From: an uncultured Gammaproteobacteria bacterium
GTDB lineage: Bacteria > Patescibacteriota > Microgenomatia > UBA10105 > UBA927
Direction: 5' to 3'
DNA: 64,000 bases
NCBI GenBank assembly: GCA_964609895.1
Contig: CAZSTG010000002.1
Coordinates: 84,373-148,372, forward strand
Shown one piece after another: positions 59,426 to 64,000 of the stretch. Position 1 is the stretch's first letter. Each line of letters starts with the position of its first letter. Both the position numbers and the translations under genes were made by a program. The notes under the pieces were generated by a model. That model was not told the origin of the DNA. It was given only the letters and a program-made list of their open reading frames with translations, and did no database searches.

Positions 59426-60373
59426 TTAAAAACCTCCAACAACAGTGATATCACCTTTGATCGGATCATGATGTTTATAGTTTTCAATGGTGATATCCTC
59501 AAACGTAAATCCATCAATGGTTTTTACCTTTGGATTCAGCTTGAGCGTCGGGAATTTGTATGGTTTGCGTTTCAGCTGCTCTCTACATTGTTTGAAATGA
59601 TTTTCATAAATGTGAACATCACCGAATACGTGTACAAATTCACCCGGTTCATAGCCGGTCACCTGTGCGAGCATCATAGTAAGGAGTGCATAACTGGTGA
59701 TATTAAACGGCACGCCAAGGAACAGATCGGCACTCCGTTGATACAGAAGAAGCGACAGTTTGTTGCCAGTGATGTTGATATGGAACATCGTGTGGCACGG
59801 CGCAATTACCATGGATGCGCTGTGTGATCCGCTCATTTCATAAATGCATCCTGCATTCCATGCGCTGATGATATAGTGTTTTTTCTGGGGGTATTTTTTG
59901 ATTTTTTCAACTGCCCAGCCAAGTTGGTCAACGGTTGTTCCTCGTCCGGTCGGCCATTTTCGCCACTGCACGCCGTAGACCGGTCCAAGTTCGCCCCATT
60001 TGGCTAAGAACTTGGGGTCTGCTTTTGCTTTTTCCATGAAGGCTTCATACGTCATGGGTTTTGCTTTATTTTCTTTTACCGCCCATTCATATTTCTTGAA
60101 TGCCCACTCATCCCAAATGTGAACGTTATTGTCAACCAAATATTTTATGTTTGACGATCCTGACAAAAACCAAATGAGTTCATGGATAATGCCGCGGGTG
60201 AACATTTTTTTTGTTGTGAGAAGCGGAAATCCTTTGGACAAATCATACCTGCAGATCCGTCCGAAGACACTTTTGAGTTTTACTCCCGTGGAATGGGATA
60301 TTTTCCATGTTCCATGCTTCATGATATCAGTCATGAGATCGAGGTATTGGTATTCCGGATGACGAGCATTCAT
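59426..60373 (-). CDS. thyA: thymidylate synthase (ThyA, long form)
   Basis: EYQYLDL, GELGPVYGVQWR, and active-site PCH in VIAPCHTMFHIN. Confidence 0.9.
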   Translation of the reverse strand: MNARHPEYQYLDLMTDIMKHGTWKISHSTGVKLKSVFGRICRYDLSKGFPLLTTKKMFTRGIIHELIWFLSGSSNIKYLVDNNVHIWDEWAFKKYEWAVKENKAKPMTYEAFMEKAKADPKFLAKWGELGPVYGVQWRKWPTGRGTTVDQLGWAVEKIKKYPQKKHYIISAWNAGCIYEMSGSHSASMVIAPCHTMFHINITGNKLSLLLYQRSADLFLGVPFNITSYALLTMMLAQVTGYEPGEFVHVFGDVHIYENHFKQCREQLKRKPYKFPTLKLNPKVKTIDGFTFEDITIENYKHHDPIKGDITVVGGF

Positions 60374-60404
60374 GAGATGAGTCCTTTCTTTGGGCAGGAA
60401 TGTA

Positions 60405-61643
60405 TTATGTTTTTATGACGTTGCCGAACTTTTTGATGTATATGGCAGAAATAACCATAGCAAGTGCAAGCAAAAGAAACAAGATATCAGCTCCGAGAAT
60501 TTCTGTTACCGATGCGGAAAGAAACATTGGGATAATGGCGGCGATGGTCATAAGAAACCACAGGTTGCCCCATAGTCTCCCCATCATATTGTTTGGAGTT
60601 TCCTCCTGCATGAAGGTTTGAGACGGAACTTGAATGCACACAAAACAGAATCCAATTATGAATGCCAGTATCGGGAGCACAATGAAACGGATTTGCTCCG
60701 TAAGGTGGCTCGGAACAAGCGCAAGCACGGCAAATACCGTGCCCACGGCAAAAAGAGCGTTCTGAATAACAATTTTTTTCCGTACAACCTTCCGTTTTAT
60801 CAGCGGCGAAACGATGGAGACGCCGACAATTGCACCGACAAGTGCCGGAACGACGATGATGAGCGCAACATCCTGAACGTCGATGCCGAATATGTGGGTT
60901 GCAAGTGCCGGTATGTTCACCGCTACGATGTTCAATGTCATTTCAGCGCCGAGTATGAGCAGTGCAGGATACAAAACGCTTTTGTTGTTCTTGATATACT
61001 GATACCCCTCAACCACTTTGCTGAAGAATTCGCCCAGTTGTTTTTCTACGTCAACAGGTTTTCTTCCGTTTAATTTCGGGAGGGTTGATACACTGATAAA
61101 CGCAATGGACAGAATGGCAGTGCCAAAGATGATGATGACGGGAAACCCCACAAATTTCGCACATATCCCCGCAAGCGCAAATCCGATAAGCATGCATGCC
61201 TGTTTGCTCAGGAGAAAAAACCCGTTTGCCTCCGGCAGATCTTCTGTTTTGACGAGTGACGGCATGGTTGCGGATTCGGCTGGCAGGTAAAACTGGTTGA
61301 CAAACGAATAGCAGAACATCAGGGCATAAAAAAGAAAATATCTTTCTCCGACGAGTAAAAAGGACAGCATGGTTCCCGCAAGAAGCAGGGTGGAAATAAC
61401 CAGCAGTCTTTTTCTGTTTAACAGATCTACGATCGTGGCTGCAAACGGACCGCTCAACAGAATCGGAAGACTATAAGCAATCCAGAGAAATGTGGCTGCG
61501 AGTGTGGATCCCGTGGTCGCGTACAATTTTAACAGCAGTGTATAGGTGAGGAGATTGAGACTGATCAGGGAGCATGCCTGAGAAATCCAAAGTTTTACAA
61601 ATTGCTTGTTTTTTAATACCTCGGGTATTTTCATAATCGGCAA
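60405..61643 (-). CDS. MFS transporter
   Basis: 412 aa with 12 TM helices. Confidence 0.8.
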   Translation of the reverse strand: MPIMKIPEVLKNKQFVKLWISQACSLISLNLLTYTLLLKLYATTGSTLAATFLWIAYSLPILLSGPFAATIVDLLNRKRLLVISTLLLAGTMLSFLLVGERYFLFYALMFCYSFVNQFYLPAESATMPSLVKTEDLPEANGFFLLSKQACMLIGFALAGICAKFVGFPVIIIFGTAILSIAFISVSTLPKLNGRKPVDVEKQLGEFFSKVVEGYQYIKNNKSVLYPALLILGAEMTLNIVAVNIPALATHIFGIDVQDVALIIVVPALVGAIVGVSIVSPLIKRKVVRKKIVIQNALFAVGTVFAVLALVPSHLTEQIRFIVLPILAFIIGFCFVCIQVPSQTFMQEETPNNMMGRLWGNLWFLMTIAAIIPMFLSASVTEILGADILFLLLALAMVISAIYIKKFGNVIKT

Positions 61644-61676
61644 TTTTTTTATTATATCATGTGCTAGGATAGATAT

Positions 61677-62480
61677 ATGAAATTATTCTGCACGGTGTTT
61701 GCTGCAGTGTGTCTTGCCTTCAGCGGTCTTCATACGTCTCCACCTGTTTCTTCTCCGCAAATCCCGACCCCGACGCCGATTGTTTGGCCGGTTCGCATTC
61801 CCGTTCTTTTGTATCACTATGTGGAATATGTAGAGGACAAAGGGGATACGATCAGACAATCCCTGAATATTACGCCCTATACGTTTGATAAACAGATACA
61901 GACACTCGCACATGCAGGATATACATTTTTAACTGCAAAAGATCTGGGTGAATTGATTGACGGCAGGGGAATCCTTCCGGAAAAACCGGTTGTTATTACC
62001 TTCGATGACGGATATCGTGATTTTTATACGGATGTATTTCCGATACTGAAGAAGTATCATGCAAAAGCGACTGTATATATGATTGCGGGATTCGTCGGAT
62101 ACAAAAATAATCTGACGGAGGAACAGTTGCGGGAGCTTGCATCAAGTGGGTTAGTTGATGTCGGCGCGCATACGATGCATCACGTGGGTTTGCGGTATAT
62201 GGACAGGAAAACAGTGAAAAAGGAAGTGGAAGAGAGTAAAGAATTTCTGGAAGGTATGCTTGGTACGCCGGTCGTGTCATTTGCATATCCTGACGGGTCG
62301 TATGACGATGCCGCTATACAGGTGGTAAAGCAGGCGGGATTCACGACGGCGGTCAGTACAAGTCCAGGTATTGAAAACGGAGCGGGAAATCGCTATGCGC
62401 TGTTTCGCCTACGCACTGGCGGGCGGGTAGGCGAAACATTGCTTCAGTATTTTACCCAAAAGACGTTTACGTCTTGGTAA
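61677..62480 (+). CDS. polysaccharide deacetylase (CE4/NodB family)
   Basis: VITFDDGYRD (TFDDG), HTMHH, and AYPDGSYD. Confidence 0.85.
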   Translation: MKLFCTVFAAVCLAFSGLHTSPPVSSPQIPTPTPIVWPVRIPVLLYHYVEYVEDKGDTIRQSLNITPYTFDKQIQTLAHAGYTFLTAKDLGELIDGRGILPEKPVVITFDDGYRDFYTDVFPILKKYHAKATVYMIAGFVGYKNNLTEEQLRELASSGLVDVGAHTMHHVGLRYMDRKTVKKEVEESKEFLEGMLGTPVVSFAYPDGSYDDAAIQVVKQAGFTTAVSTSPGIENGAGNRYALFRLRTGGRVGETLLQYFTQKTFTSW

Positions 62481-62484
62481 AGTT

Positions 62485-62979
62485 TTACCTGTTTCCATTG
62501 ACTGGTCCGTTTCCATTTTGCGGACCGCCCATCATTTCTGGGTTTAATTGGACACTTTGCGCGCTGACACTTCCATCTGTATTCGTACTTCCAGAAACTG
62601 CGATAGTGTCTCCAATTTTAATATCACTTTTTGCGGCAGCTATCGTTGTTTTATAGTTTGTTGTTCCTGAAAGGATAACAATTTTTGAACTGCCGTCTTG
62701 GAGTTTGACTGTCATGGATGTGTCGTCAATAGACGATACTGTTCCGATTTGCATGCCGCCAAATCCCATTCCCGTGCCGTTTTTTGTGTTTTTTACTGTT
62801 CCTGTTTGTTTGTTGTCGGCAGTGTTTTGTATACCGCCGGACATGTTGTTTTGTCCACTCCGTCCAAACATTGGAATTTTTGTTTGTTGGTATTTCATAC
62901 CGCCAAAAAATCCTAACACCGCACAAATAATTGCAACGATGCTTCCTGCGAGCATTGGGTTTTTCTTTATATCTTTCAT
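62485..62979 (-). CDS. hypothetical membrane-anchored Gly/Thr/Ser-rich beta-rich protein
   Basis: N-terminal TM, then repetitive TVSSIDDTSMTVKLQDGSSKIVILSGTTNY segments. Confidence 0.45.
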   Translation of the reverse strand: MKDIKKNPMLAGSIVAIICAVLGFFGGMKYQQTKIPMFGRSGQNNMSGGIQNTADNKQTGTVKNTKNGTGMGFGGMQIGTVSSIDDTSMTVKLQDGSSKIVILSGTTNYKTTIAAAKSDIKIGDTIAVSGSTNTDGSVSAQSVQLNPEMMGGPQNGNGPVNGNR

Positions 62980-63084
62980 ACAAACTCCTTCAATACATTT
63001 TTATACATGTTGTTCATCTATTTGAACATATGTGTAGTGTATATATACTGACTGAAAATTGACTGAAAAAATACGAATGAACTA

Positions 63085-64000
63085 TTATTCGTACCGTAAT
63101 GCTTCAATAGGTTGGAGATTGGCCGCAATTTTGGCAGGATACCAGCCGAAAAGAATGCCGATTGTTGTGGAAACACCAAATGCCAAAAACACCGATCGTA
63201 TGGACACAACGAAGGTGGTGTCGTTGAGGATTGCATACATGTAAAACCCGATAATGCCGAGTGCTATGCCGATGACACCCCCTGTGAAGGTAAGGATAAT
63301 GGATTCCATGAGGAATTGGGTAATGATGGTGCGTTTTTTTGCACCCAGCGCTTTCCGAAGTCCAATCTCTCTCGTTCGTTCGGTTACGGACATAAGCATG
63401 ATGTTCATAATACCAATGCCACCGACAAGAAGAGAAATTGCGGCAACACCTGCAAGAAGCGTTGTGAATGTTCCGGTTACCGCCGTTGCGGTTTCCAGAA
63501 TATCGGATTGGGACATAATGCGAAAATCGATGTTTTCGATATCGGTAATCTTATGTCGCTCCATTAAAAGATAGCCAACTTGATTTTGTGCAGCGGTCAT
63601 GACATTCTGACTTTTTGCTTCAAGGGCAATGGATGTTACATACTTCACTCCGAAAATTTGCTTCTGGGCGGTGGTTAAGGGGATATAGACACGATCGTCT
63701 GTATTGTTCATTCCGGATCCGCCTTTTGATTTGGTAATTCCGATAACCTGAAAATTTTTCCCGCTGATGCGAATGGTTTGGCCAACCGGATCAACACCAG
63801 TGCCGAACAAGTCTTCTGCAGTTGTTGGCCCAAGGACGGCAACTTTTGAGGACGCTGACACTTGTTGATCCGTAATGAATACACCAGAGGTCATGGTGAC
63901 TTTGCGGACTGATTGGTAGACGGAAGTGACGCCGACAACAGTTGTGTTCGTGTTGTTTCTTCCCGCAATAATCTGGCTTCTTCCGGAGTATTCGGGAGAT
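63085..64000 (-). CDS. ABC transporter permease (FtsX/MacB-like), partial, continues past window end
   Basis: C-terminal 3-TM FtsX domain (GIMNIMLMSVTERTREIGLRKALGAKKRTI). The frame stays open to nt 64000. Confidence 0.7.
   Translation of the reverse strand, partial: SPEYSGRSQIIAGRNNTNTTVVGVTSVYQSVRKVTMTSGVFITDQQVSASSKVAVLGPTTAEDLFGTGVDPVGQTIRISGKNFQVIGITKSKGGSGMNNTDDRVYIPLTTAQKQIFGVKYVTSIALEAKSQNVMTAAQNQVGYLLMERHKITDIENIDFRIMSQSDILETATAVTGTFTTLLAGVAAISLLVGGIGIMNIMLMSVTERTREIGLRKALGAKKRTIITQFLMESIILTFTGGVIGIALGIIGFYMYAILNDTTFVVSIRSVFLAFGVSTTIGILFGWYPAKIAANLQPIEALRYE

Overview
Dense, mostly plus-strand coding window from a small-genome bacterium. Several features (GTCGCGG instead of GCCGCGG at the 16S 515 site, a 16S gene with its own promoter and terminator and no 23S/5S, short topA, EF-Ts and dnaX, very heavy nucleotide-salvage content) fit a CPR/Patescibacteria-like lineage; I could not verify that by search. 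About 70 CDS are supported. They include mreB and PBP2, dprA overlapping topA, rpsB-tsf-frr with no pyrH, rseP, archaeal-type proS, a Nudix/DHH/HIT/rpsU/yqeY/ybeY/dnaX/ybaB run, ahcY, prs, recR, cysS, pyk, an ADP-forming acyl-CoA synthetase, gpmI-eno and folA-thyA. RNA genes are one stand-alone 16S rRNA (candidate sigma70 promoter, boxB-boxA-like leader, own intrinsic terminator) and tRNA-Cys(GCA). Five paralogous membrane-anchored SGNH/GDSL hydrolases sit with a NodU-type carbamoyltransferase, a GT2, a CE4 deacetylase and a large polytopic membrane protein, which points to a surface-glycan modification system. No transposase, integrase or CRISPR was seen. Unexplained structure worth a second look: (1) a recurrent GC-rich palindrome GAGGGTCAGACCCTC, five copies, one inside gpmI; (2) a dispersed CCAATA-based repeat family in intergenic spacers, one copy translated in-frame within glmS; (3) a 79-bp tandem repeat (2.15 copies, internal hairpins) upstream of dcd; (4) a single small gene flanked by 12-bp inverted repeats next to an atypical long-loop hairpin after recR; (5) a membrane-anchored protein with a conotoxin-like cystine-knot C-terminus next to a perfect palindrome in the glmS divergent promoter; (6) a tightly coupled 60-codon ORF between tdk and udp.
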